NCBI GenBank assembly: GCA_050084515.1
Contig: CM114271.1
Location: 44,206,001 to 44,270,000, forward strand
Source of the DNA: Blasia pusilla
Lineage: Eukaryota
Length of the DNA stretch: 64,000 nt
Reading direction: 5' to 3'
Shown: positions 10,248 through 22,137 of the stretch, in pieces
Layout: each line of letters starts with the position of its first letter
Numbering within the stretch: the first letter of the stretch is position 1
Made by a program: the position numbers and the translations under genes
The notes under the pieces: generated by a model
The model's database searches: none
The model's input: the letters and a program-made list of their open reading frames with translations, nothing else
Told to the model about the DNA's origin: nothing

Positions 10248-13200
10248 ATGGATAATTATGTTAAGCTCACTTGTGGCAGTCATCTGGCGTCCCTTCCTCA
10301 ATCAGAAATCATTCGACCCCAAGCTAGTGAGTCTTTCATAGCAGTGGATGAAAATTTTCTGTCTTCGATTTCTTCTTCAATTGGAACCATCTTTGTATCC
10401 AAAGATGTTAGGTGGACGATGCACGGAAGACATAATAGGTGAGACGGTCCAGCCAGCGACCTCAGACCGTAAAGTATGGAATCTCCTACCTCTAGCAAAT
10501 GGTCAATATAGAGTTTACGGCCTGCCCCAGAATTCGTATGTTTCCCAAGTAGACGGTCTAGAATTTCCTAGTGCTCCAAGCTCTCGTTTGCAACTCCAAG
10601 CTCTGCAGATCCGGCCGACTCCAACCACACTCGTAACAATGTTGTTCTTCCCTGAAGAGATTCCGGATGTTATCAACCTCGGTGGATATGCTTCGGACAC
10701 CAATCGGGCCCTCTGTCTGCCTACTCGTTCCTCTTGCGAGTATTAGGCAATAGTTTGCTTTCGTCTCTGGCCTTGAAAATGTTCAAGCACATTCTTGTCG
10801 ACGAGCTGCCGCCCACGTACGATGGTAATTGCATTTTTGAGTTGCCTCCACTTGCTGCTCCTGCTCAAAAGAAGGATGGAGGACGCCTGAAGGGTATGGA
10901 CAGAAACTCTGATTGTCATGGATGGTGCAAGCTTCAACGGACTAGTGCTTCCATTCCAGATGGTCCTTGGATTGTCTCCCGCCGCCAATGCGTGGGAGCC
11001 TTGGAGTGTAGAAGTCGAGCATGCCCGTATCTAGAGCGCAACGGGCGAGTCAATACGTTGCAATTCCCTCCCAAGAATGCAGAAACTCCATACGAGGTCG
11101 GTGCCACCATACCGCCGGGAGGCCATCGATGTCCTCATTTTCAAGCATCGCCCTTTTGCGTTGGAGCGTGTCGTGCATACATATTTTTCATTATCCACGA
11201 CTTGGGCTCCACGTCAGAGTATACAAGGCTGGCAGTTCATGTTGGCTCCCACACTCATCCTGTGACCGATGCAATTCAAAGATACATCAAGGAGGATGTG
11301 GCGAAGAAAGTAGCCGAGGTCTACAGAAACTCTCCGGGTTCAAAGCCCGGAGTGATCAAGCTCACAACGATATCACAAATTTGTGAACAATTTCTTGGAC
11401 AGGGCGAGATCACGGTGGTTGAGGAGAAACAACTCTGGGAAAATCTCGCATTTCTCGCTGATCCTGAATGCTTCCGGAATTTGCTGCGTCGAATACGAGT
11501 TCTGGATGGAAAGACGGCCGAAATGGATGCCATCGCCAGAATCAAGGCCAACTCCAGATTTCCATTCATTCAGAGATGGCAGTTCATGGGCCATGGAGGC
11601 GAGGGATCCAGGGCCTATGTCTTCAAAATGTCAACCCCAGTCCGTCGAGTGGCCTCGATCTTATAGATCGAATGAGGGAAGGGAAGATCTTTACTGAGCC
11701 GGGTCGGCTTTGATATTTGCTACTGAGTCTTTGAACGGATGGTTGACGATGGGTGCTCACGTTTATGACCATGTGGAGAAGGGACTCAAAACTATATTTG
11801 TGTGTGAAGTAAAGCGTAAGACGTTGGCGTTTGAAGATGTGTTGGTTACTCTTATTGGAAGTGGTGAAGGAAAACAAAAGGCCACCTCCGGAAATTTATG
11901 GGTTCATCGCGGACAATGCACAACCTGGGTGGATTGCTATCGGGAAGTGTGCAGGGTGGAGAGGTTCAAACGATGAGGAAAGGTCGGATGCTTTCCATTG
12001 GCAATGATCTGTGACCGGTACACCAAATCTTGCATCAAGGAGAATAAGAGGACAGAGCATGTCACTCTACTCCAACGCCAAGGACAAAAAACTTGAAGCG
12101 GGCCATGGACCCGCCAGAAGAACTTCATGGGTGGTGGAGGAAGCATGCGATTGAGGGGAAGTACAAAGAGTTGTGCTCTTGGTTGAGTTGGTGGATCACG
12201 TATGAGACAATGGGGAAACTTCATGCGGCAGGTGAGTTCACTATTTTGTCTTGTCAAGCTCACGCAGAGAATTGTTTGTAAAGTTGTAGCTCAGGGTGAG
12301 AAGCGTGGGAATTATATGGATTTCAAACCCAAGAAACCAAGCAAGCTGTCAGATGCGACGGGTTGCCCGAGTATGCAACTCGACGGAAACCGACGGGTTG
12401 CCCGAGTGTGCAACCCGACGGAAACCGACGGGTTGCCCAAGGGTGCAACCCGACGGAAACCGACGGGTTGCATCCAGATTTTTGGTGCAACCCGAGTGTG
12501 CAACCCGTCGGGACCGGCCAGTCACGAGTCGTTCATGGGATGCCTGCCTTGCAACCCGTCGGGTTCCGGCGGGTTGCGAGGAAGGTGGGTTTAAAGTTAC
12601 AACACGCCGGGACCCGGACGGTCGCAGAGTCGTTTATGGGATGCCTCGGGGCGAACCCGTCTAGTTCCTCTGTGTCGCTTATTTCTTTGACTCCTGAGTT
12701 ATTTTCGTTCCCTTCTAACATTGCCGTCGTTGCAGGGATTGAACTTTCATGAAAATGCCCTCTGCCCCAACACAAGTGGAGCGAAAAGTGTTCATTCCTC
12801 CTGGAGGTTGTCACAAGCATGCCAACGAATTTCACTTGTGGAGGCATGCCAACAAGACCAGGCAAGAGCAATGCTACGATCAAAGCATCCCATATCTTCC
12901 TCACAAAAGGCATAACAAAAGGAAAGGGGCCGTCGATCTACAAGCTCTATGTCAGAGCGGCTGTGAGATCTGGTGATGAAAAATTGTATGTGGAAGCCTT
13001 CAACCGGTGCGTAGCTTGAACTCCACTCGAGCAAGACGTACACATTGGTGGGGATATTCGTGGGCGGGTTTCAAGACGTCCCATACAGATGGTGGTAGAG
13101 CAGTCCGAGCGAGACTCGTGGAGACCAGATAAGTATCTTGACTTGAGTGAAGGTGAAGAGGCAAAGATCGAGGAACAAATCCGGTGATTGATTTGGATGA

Positions 13201-14236
13201 GGAAATTACACCGCCAGTATTCGGGGACCCGGACCCGTCCCAAATCCGTGATGGAGTTACTTCTCCAAAATTAGTGAATGTTTTATTTCAAAAGCCCTCC
13301 GTTGCTGGAAGTTCGCAACATCCTATCACTGGGGTGGTTCAACAATATGGGATTCCGGTAATGGAGGTGGATTGCAACCTAAAACGGTGGCATATATCTC
13401 GGAGCAACCCAGGACGTGGACCCACCTGCAGGGCAGGATCTGATGGCATTAGGAGAGCATGCGACACTTTCCTAAATAAGAACTGTACAAGGACCGGACG
13501 ACCACTGCTTGGGTTTTGGGGACTCAAAACCTTTGATCGTTTCACGAGGACCGGGGATCAATTGAAGTACTTCTTCTGCCCAAATGAATCTTGCGCTTTC
13601 CGGAAGTCTTATCCGGCTGCCATTGGAGCTCTCGGGAATACCCCCTGGATTTGGCCCATCGCCGCAGGTACGAACTGCACTCAAGACGAAGTGGACAATC
13701 TTACAAGTGCCGGTTTCAGACTCGTAGACGGGGGAAGTTCGGAGCATGTTCGCATTACAGAGACCTTCGCATTTCGTATTCAACCCAAGATTGATGTCAA
13801 CATGTACCCGGAGAAGGTGGATGATCTCAATCCATTATTTTTGTTTGAGTCTAGAAATGGGGTGAAGAGAAACAGAATATGCAGGCCAACGGTGGAGAGA
13901 GCAAAGCGAATTACATCAGCTTGGGAGGCAAAAATGGAGATCATCGCCACGAAAGATGTCTTGAGTGGCAATGGAATAGGAAGGATGTATTGGGTCAGGA
14001 ACAACACTGTAAATTCAAGTGTCACAGGGGTGTATGTGGTGCACATCTGTTGCTTTCCCACATGTTCATGTGATGACTTTGTCCAAAGAGAGACAAGTGA
14101 CAAAAGGTATTTCCCTTGTAAGCACATGTACTATGTGTTGCTGGTAGTTTTAAGAGAGTCGGAGGTAGAATTAGGAATCCACCAACCAATTCTGTCCCTC
14201 AAAGAAGTTCGAAGTATTTTAAACAAACCACTTTGA
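10248..14236 (+). pseudogene. MULE-type transposase: N-terminal WRKY/GCM1-like zinc finger, DDE core, C-terminal SWIM finger (2 exons, frameshifted)
   Basis: Zn-finger residues CVGALECRSRACPY...HVGSHTHP. Core motifs pieced together across copies: VGFD, GFMADNAQPGWIAIREV, SDAFHW, WLSWW, PNTSGAESVHSSW (K replaces E in this copy). SWIM: PTCSCDDF...PCKHMYYV. GT..AG intron at 12232-12735. Confidence 0.85.
12352..12662. repeat. Palindrome cluster in the transposase intron
   Basis: GCAACCCGACGGAAACCGACGGGTTGC-type copies at ~35-bp spacing (12375, 12410, 12445) plus looser copies to ~12660. Confidence 0.88.
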
Positions 14237-14643
14237 GGATGCAAAATGAGGTTTTAGATTGTACTTTTAATTTTCCTCAACCTTCACTGTGAGCTTGAAC
14301 TCTATTCAGCCTTGGGCAAATGATAGATTTTTTCCCGACCTTGGATGGAAAAAGTGATTGGTTCCACACTTATGATTCCACTGATTTTTCAGTTTTCTAA
14401 ATTTTGTGCAATTTGCAACTCGTCAGACTCAGAGGGGTTGCCAAAATATGGAAGAGGAAAAAAAAAAAAAACGTGGGGACTGCTTAATATATGAACAAAA
14501 AAGTGCAAAAAAATTCAAACAAAAAGTTTCCTCTCTTCAACCCAACGGAAACTCTCTTAAAAAAAAGTATCTATTTCGGTTGAAGGTAGTTTCCTCTCTC
14601 CTCTCTCCTCTCTTCCTCTCTTCCTCTCCTGTTACCGCACCTC

Positions 14644-16425
14644 GGAGGCCACAACTGCTCGATAGGTTGAAATATAATCATATCCACCTCCTTAACGAGA
14701 CGACCCTCAAGTAGAGTTGTCTGAGGGGTGAGTTCCCCCCCGTTACCTCTTGCTCTCCATCGTAGCAATTCATCCATCTCTTGCTCACGTCTTTCCATGA
14801 TGGATTCATATGCCCTCCTCCACTGCTCAATGTGGTCAACCATGATAGCTCTTTGTCTTTGATGGAGTTCATCTCTGGGAATCAATTCATTCACGATCCT
14901 CTCCATCTCCTTCTTGAGTCTTTCATGCTCATCTGAAAATTGTTGATGCTCCCCATTCAACATGTTGTATTCCGCTTCCAAATCAAAAGAGCATTGGGAA
15001 TTTGTTATCAATCTCTCCAATTGTGATAGACGAGACATAACCTCACTATTATTGGGAGCACTCTCTCGAGGAGTCTCTCCACAATAGCCTGCATTGTAGA
15101 TATGGCCTACATTGTAGTCATTCCTACTATTTGGTCTATCCTCAAGATAGTACACTGCTTCCGCCCGCATCATGACTCGCCCCTTATCTTCACCTCTAGG
15201 GTTTCTTGACGATCCACCTTGCATGTATTGGCCTGGTAGCAATCATGCTCATGAAGGTTCCACTCTTGCTCATTTTGATTGAGGTTGTGGGGTGCAATCC
15301 TCTTCAACTCTTCGCCTCTTGTGTCTTCCTCGAGACCCATTCTCCATATCACCATAATGGACATCGGGGGCTGGTATTCTGGCAGGAGAGAGGAAGAGAG
15401 GAGAGTCTCTCTTAAAAAAAAAGGCACGAAAGGGAAAAAAAACTCAAACTCTCTTCAAAAAATATGAAGATTATGGATAATAAGTGAGTAATTTTTTTGG
15501 AGATTTTTTTTGAAGAGAGGAAACTGAGTGCAACCCGTCGGAATCCGACGGGTTGCAATTTTTTGGTTTTTTTTTTTTTTGGGTTAAGGAAAAATTTTCA
15601 TTTTTAAGGGATTTCTTTAACATTTGCAACCCGTCGGACTCCAACGGGTTGCTTTCTAGGCATCATGGCAACCTGTTGGACTCCGACGGGTTGCAAACGT
15701 TAAAAAAACCCCAAAAAATGAATTTTTTCCTTAACCATAAAAAAAATAAACCAAAAAAAGTTGCAACCCGTCGGATTTCTGATGGGTTGAAAAGGTAAAC
15801 AAAATTAGAAAAAAAAACACAATTTCAAAAAAAAAAATCACCACCAAATTTTTTTGGAAAAAATTTACCTTTTCAACTTGTCAAAACTTTCCTCTCTCCA
15901 ACTTGTCGGAAACTCTCTTCAAACCAAAAGAGCCCTAGGGGTTGCCAATATCTTCCTCTCTCCTCTCTCTCTTCCTCTCTTCCTCTCTCCTCTCTTCCTA
16001 TCTTCCTCTCCTCTTACCGCTCCTCAATGGACATCCATGTCCTTCATTAACTCCGCCACTTTAAGCTTGACAAATACCTTGCTCACTAACTTCTTCTTGT
16101 TGGCAATAAGACTCTCGTAGTTCGAAAGGCCATTGAACAATGCCCAATCCTTTCGCCACTCTTTCTCCTCCACTTTCCTTGCAAATTCTCCATTCGCACG
16201 CTCCGGCCACTTGATGCGCGACTTCTTCAACTCTAGGGAGAGGATTTGTGGGTCAAGGGCGCCATCCAAGTGCGCCTTCAATTCATCATCCGTGACGATC
16301 TCTCCAATTGTCTTCTTGGTTACCTTTGCATGCGTGGGCAGTTTTTCTTCCCCTCTTCCATCACCCTCTTCGTCGTGAGGACTACGGTCTTCATGAGGCG
16401 GCAATGCCATCTTATCTTTTACCAA
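14644..16425 (-). pseudogene. 5' and middle parts of the coiled-coil/RING gene, interrupted by the 660-bp element
   Basis: With the MITE removed, ORF 16024-16425 (...MKDMDVH) continues in frame as YGDMENGSRG... into ORF 14571-15242 through three TGA codons. Confidence 0.65.
15366..16025 (+). mobile_element. Non-autonomous 660-bp derivative (MITE-like) of the same MULE family
   Basis: 10-bp TSD AATGGACATC at 15356-15365 and 16026-16035. Same ends (GGGGGCTGGTATTCTGG / TTACCGCTCCTC). Four internal palindromes near 15530, 15626, 15669 and 15763. No coding remnant seen. Confidence 0.93.
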
Positions 16426-16799
16426 AATTCAAAAGGAAATAGTGGTTTAGAAATTATTCCAATAATAGTGACACGATGACATTTGGATATATCCATGGAT
16501 CAACCAAAATTAATCATTCACAAACATTTAGAGTCACAAAATTGACCTCTTTCAATGAAATATTCCATTTCTCATGAAAACAATTACAATCGGATATCGG
16601 ATCATATCATTATGGTAATTGGCCTTAATGCTGAATCTACATCGTCTACACCTAATATTTTGGAATTTTCTCTGATATATGCATTAAGATATTCTAAGCT
16701 TTTTTTATCAAAGGGATTCAGAGTTAATGCCCACTTTCAAATCCTTTCCAAGTAAGTAAATCTCACATGCGCGTGGGCATCCCCAACAGGGAGGTTGTA

Positions 16800-18055
16800 T
16801 GTCACATAATTCAGATCCCTTGGGCATAGATTTTAGTGGCTATGCTAAAAGGGAGATTCTTAGGCCCTATTGTGAACGTTGGTGCTATGTGCCAAACATG
16901 ATTTCTTTGTTCATGCTGCCACCATCTATGAGGTGACTCTAAGCACTCATCCTCCTACATAGCATTCCCCCAATCTCCAACCTTGATGTATGGGATAGAG
17001 TTAGCTCCAAAATGGATGAAAATTTTATGCGTATGAAGGTTGGTGTGAAAAACCCCACGCTTGTGGACAGTCTCCATGGTACCAAGAAGGGCAACCACTA
17101 GCTGGACAACATTAGATGCCATCGCAAGACATCTGATCTTTTCCAACTCTCCTGAATTTTCCCCGCCATTCTTCATGGTATGGCATGCTTGCAACCAATT
17201 TTCAAGGTGCCCACCATTCCAATATGGATAGATGCAACTTGGCGGATCCTCGATCAACCTTCCCACCATGCAAAAAAAGCCTTGATGTAAAATAGTCGCA
17301 AACGTATCCTCGCGCATCATCAATTTTCTTGAATATAATCGAGATGATTCCTTAAACACCTTAACAAAATAGTAAATATCTTCACTAAAGGCAAGGGTTT
17401 GGTTTATTTTACATCGGTAGACTATTCCGTGTAAACCTTATCCCACAATATCCTCTGGATCATTTCCTACTACCAAGTTCTTGTAAAAAATCCATGTAAT
17501 CCCACATGGAACTATCAATATCTGACCCACGGTAGTACTACGTCCCTTGAAAAGACATTGAGCATTATTTAACCTTTCAATGACAGTAGTCTCTACAACA
17601 TTCGGTTGCTCATTCTTGAATTCCTTGAGATCGATATACACTCTCTCGAGGTGAACACCTTGTTGGCCACAAAATTTGCTTAACCTATCGGCCTCTTTGA
17701 CATCCACTTCCCACTGAAATTTCTTTGCAAATCTCCTAGCCAATCTTAGCAATTCCAAGGTGTAGTCATGGAAACCATCCATACCCCTCGAAATATAGGA
17801 TCGTCTCTTCTCTAATGTAAGCTGGAAAAACCAATCTAACCAGGCCTTTCTTATAGCCATGTTGAATTCATTCATGGAATTCACTCTTGGCCTCTTGGCA
17901 CTATCGAGTCTATCATCGGTCTCATTTTGGTTATCTCCCACTCTTGAGGACCCAACCCCACTAGACTCTTGGCCTCTTGGCACTATTAAGTCTATCATCG
18001 GTCTCATTTCGGTTATCTCCCACTCTTGAGGACCCAACCCCACTAGACATTTCAC
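16800..18055 (-). pseudogene. Protein kinase pseudogene
   Basis: Reading through the TAA at 17438 gives VG*GLHGIVYRC (Gly-rich loop), FVKVFK, HKRGVFHTNLHTHKIFI and IKVGDWG. An ~82-bp tandem duplication (17883-18047) shifts the frame. Confidence 0.75.
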
Positions 18056-19589
18056 TCGGATGAAGAGGATAAGAAAATCTCCTTAGAAAAAAAAACCAAC
18101 AAAAAATAGTATGAGTTGAGATAAGGAAGTACCAAAAAATAAAATGATATGAGATACTAAGACAGTGGCTCGAGTAATGCTCACACACGTGAATGGAGGA
18201 ATAAGATTTTGGCTTATGTAGGTCACTCAAAAGGAATATATGCGTGTTTAGATAAGTTTCATTGACCACCTCCACATCCCAAATGTGCTCAAGGAGTCAA
18301 TGAAACGAATCTATAACTTGCGTTTGTGAATCGAAAATCTCAAAATCACCAAAAAAGTTTAGTGACACAAGAGATTTCCACACTCACAACCTTGCAGCTA
18401 ATGTGGAGTTAATTGGGGTTTGTTTAGGACACAACAAGGAGGGAAAATATCCAAGTGTGTTACAAAAAAATCCAACAACCCCCAAAAGGCCCGCAACGGA
18501 TTTCTCCAAATTCCACAACGCTTGAAGCCCTTAACTATCAAGGAACCAATGAAATTTGGAGCCTAATCCAAGAAACACTCAAAGAAATGGAAAAAAATGA
18601 GAGAAATCATGATGAGGGATAATTGGGGTTAATTAGCCCAAAACCCCATCCTTATAAGCATTTTTTTGGGCCCATTTGTGGGCCCAAAACTTATGGTTTA
18701 TCCCAAATGAGGAATGGGACACATGCCCAACTTTTTTGCGACACGAGCCTGACCGAGAATAGGCGCGGGATGTCATGCGCACTTGCAGAACAAGGGTGGA
18801 ATGCTCGGAGTGCACGGGCCTGGGTGGGGGCCGCACCCAATGCATGCTCATGGGGCCCGCACCTTGGCCCGTAAGGACATGTCCATCCTCGAGAAGGACA
18901 TATGTCGGCAGATAGGGACAAGTCCGAGGACACAGACTTTGTCCGCTTGCAACCTTGGGGAGGGGGAAGGATTAACTACTTAGGTCTTTCAGTTCCAATA
19001 TCACCACTTGATACATACTTTGTGGGTCATGATTGAGTATGGTGATTTGCTCCAAGGAGAATTCGTGCAACACTATGCTAAGGTCGTGGGGAATTTGAAG
19101 TCATTTAATAGCTACTATTGGAATCCTTGAATCCAAGAGTAGCCGTTTAATGCCTTTGTAGAAAATTTATCTACATTCATAATAAAGTGGAGCAAGAAAT
19201 ATGCATGGGTAGCAAGGATATAATCCTTTGAAATATGGCTAATTGTGGAAGCACAAATAATAAATCCAATCATAGTGACATTGAGCCTTAGACAAGTGGA
19301 TAAGTGTCATGAAAGAAGAGTACGAAATGGTTCTAAGACTTGCAAGCAAATGTGACCTTTATAATTTTGACAGATGTATGTATGGAAGAAGTCTGCTAAC
19401 CTCATAACTATTCATACTACTAAACTGAAATGAAAGCATTCATATGAAAACTTTAAATTACAAACAATTTTGCTTCACATATTGATATATCAGTAAACCC
19501 CCAAGCTAGAGACTCTTATTTGACAATGTCCACCAAATAACATCTTGAAATCGAGTAACATCTAATATCTTGAAAAGTGCCCCAGAAGA

Positions 19590-21734
19590 GGGGGCTGGTA
19601 TTTTGGCAGGAGAGAGTAAGAGAGGAGAGGAAGAGAGGAAGAGAGGAGAGTCCCTCTTAAAAAAAAGGGCCAAATCCGCCTCCTCTCTTCAAAACTTTTT
19701 AACATATTTGAAATTTTCGTTTGCTTTCAAATTCAGGAAATCTTTAGAAGAGAGTAGGTAGTGGTCCACATTTGGCCCTAAAAAAAACCTCCTCTTTCCT
19801 GGGGGCGAGAAAAAAGGAGACATCATAAGACCATCCTAAACATTTTTCCATCACTGTCCATGTGAGCCTAAGTTTCTTAACATTCCCTGTATCGGTCAAC
19901 AAAAAGCAGTGCCCTTGGTATTTTTGTTGGAGGACCACCCGGATGGGTAACTCTCTTTTTGCAGGGATTGTTGCCTGCATCATGGCCTCCCCTAAATTGC
20001 CCCATAACCAACTTTCTGTCGGTTATGAATGGTGTCTGCTCAAGATGAACTTTCTGAAATGTGAAAAAATCAGATCCTCAGGCTCAGAAACCGAGAAGCT
20101 GCACCCCTCCCAACCCGTAAGAAAGCTCACCATAAGATTTTTAGAAGTGATTTTCTTCCACCCTGCACCCACGACGATCTAATGGGTTGGGAATCCGAAA
20201 TGGCAATCCGACAGGTAGTAGGAATCTTGCACATCTTAGACATGAAAAGAAGCCTACAACTGGTTGGACGAATGAAGGGGAACGAGCCAAAAGTCAAGAA
20301 GCCCGCCACAATGCGTCAGAAGTTGGTCTCACCGGGATAGAGTCCCATCACTCAAGCAGTCAACTTGTCCGAATCCGAGAGGTTGCCTGGAAATGGTTAA
20401 AAAGTTGCAGTGGGCAAAAAGCAAAAAGTCGGAATCATACGGGTTGCGAATTGCAAGTACCGAGTAGCTAAAAGAACACAATCCACAAGTCCAAAAACAT
20501 ATTCCAGAAAACTTTTACAAACACCATTATGGGTTGAAAAATCTCGTCCTTTATTACCTCCGAAGGAACCTCGGAAATGTACATTGAACCTAGTCTATGA
20601 TTTCTTGACCTCGTCATCTACAAATTTACTCCTAACTCTCCTCGGTGACATTACCAAAGGAATGTCCTGGGATTCAAGTGGCTCCTCTGGCCGGTTGTAG
20701 ACGGGGATCGAAAATGTTGGCGAATTCGAGAGCCTTGGCCCCCCCCTAGGTACACCATAACGGTCCCATGTAACCTGTCTCGAGTCCCATCGCCTTCCTC
20801 GGCAGTATACCTTGTACGCTCTGCAATGTGACACCCATCCAAAGTATCAATATCCGCTCCGCCCCGGTAATACCACTATGGCAACCGTGACAGGTAAAAG
20901 GAATCCAACACGTCGAGAGAAGAAAAGAAGCCTCGCCGCTTTACGAGTTGAGGGAAGGTGCCAAGGAAGAAGCCCGCCGGATCGCTCGATCCGAAAGGGT
21001 CCGATCAGGCAACCTATCGGAATCAGAAAGGTTGCCTGGAGGTGGTAAAAAGGGTCCAGTGGTCAAAAAGCGAAAAGTTGCAAGGAGGATAAATCCGACG
21101 GGTTGAAGTGGTCATAAAGTGAAAATTGCAAGCAGGAGAAATCCGACGGGTTGAAAAGTAGAAGACCGTGGAGTACATAGACGATCACATTCGAAAAGAC
21201 AAAATGATCAGCAAACATTTACAAGCACCACCATCGATCGAAAAAATCTTCTGCTTTATATCATCCGAAAAAAGCTCGGAACTGTACATTTGATCTATTC
21301 TATGAAATCTTTTGCCAAATTATCAAAAACTCCCTACCCAAACGATGAGTCAATTTGGGTCGTTGAGTTCTTTGAACTCACTCATCATCGTCGAGAGCTC
21401 TTGCAAAATCACTTTCGGCCTTGCCCTCCCGATTTTGGGAATCGTTGGAAGTGACGATGGAGTCACTACCAAGGGTGGCTGGCTGGAACCGAGCTCTCGG
21501 CCGGTGGAGAGTTGTGCGCCCCAACGAGCCTTTCGATTCGCCTTTGCCTCCTTGCAAAGGTCAAACAGTTCCTGCCTTCCCTCGAGGCAGAGAATGTTCA
21601 TGCCACTCTGCCAGGCGCCTCTGATACTCGCCCCTGAAAGGCCCACTAAGTCAAACACCAAGTCACCTGGCCTTGAGTAGAGCTCGATGAGCGTTTGCAT
21701 CAGGGCTGGCGACTTTTCCCTTCCTCCCAGAAGT
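19590..21734 (+). mobile_element. Copy B left arm, same orientation as copy A, ending inside the methyltransferase exon
   Basis: Collinear with 2278-4409. Stops at CCCAGAAGT (21726-21734), abutting an inverted right end. Confidence 0.9.
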
Positions 21735-22137
21735 GAGGTGCGGTAAGAGGAGAGGAAGAGAGGAAGAGAGGAGAGAGGAGAGAGGAAACTAGGGTCAACC
21801 GAAATAGATTTTTTTTTTTGAAGAGAGTTTCCGTTGGGTTGAAGAGAGGAAAATTTTTGTTTGAATTTTTTTGCACTTTTTTGTTCATATGTTAAGCAGT
21901 CCCACAATTTTTTTTTCCTCTTCCATATTTTGGCAACCCCTCTGAGTCCGACAAGTTGCAAATTGCACAAAATTTAGAAAACTGAAAAATCAGTGGAATC
22001 ATAAGTGTGGAACCAATCACTTTTTCCATCCAAGGTCTGGAAAAAATCTGTCATTTGCCCGCGGCTGAATAGAGTTCAAGCTCAAAGTGAAGGTTGAGGA
22101 AAATTAAAAGTACAATCTAAAACCTCATTTTGCATCC

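Larger units (their letters stand above)
2278..14643 (+). mobile_element. Full-length giant Mutator-like DNA transposon, copy A (12,366 bp)
   Basis: 9-bp TSD GGAGGCCAC at 2269-2277 and 14644-14652. The ends GGGGGCTGGTATTCTGGCAGG and TTACCGCACCTC recur at the other copies. GA-rich subterminal repeats are inverted at the two ends. Encodes a DDE/SWIM transposase. Confidence 0.93.
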
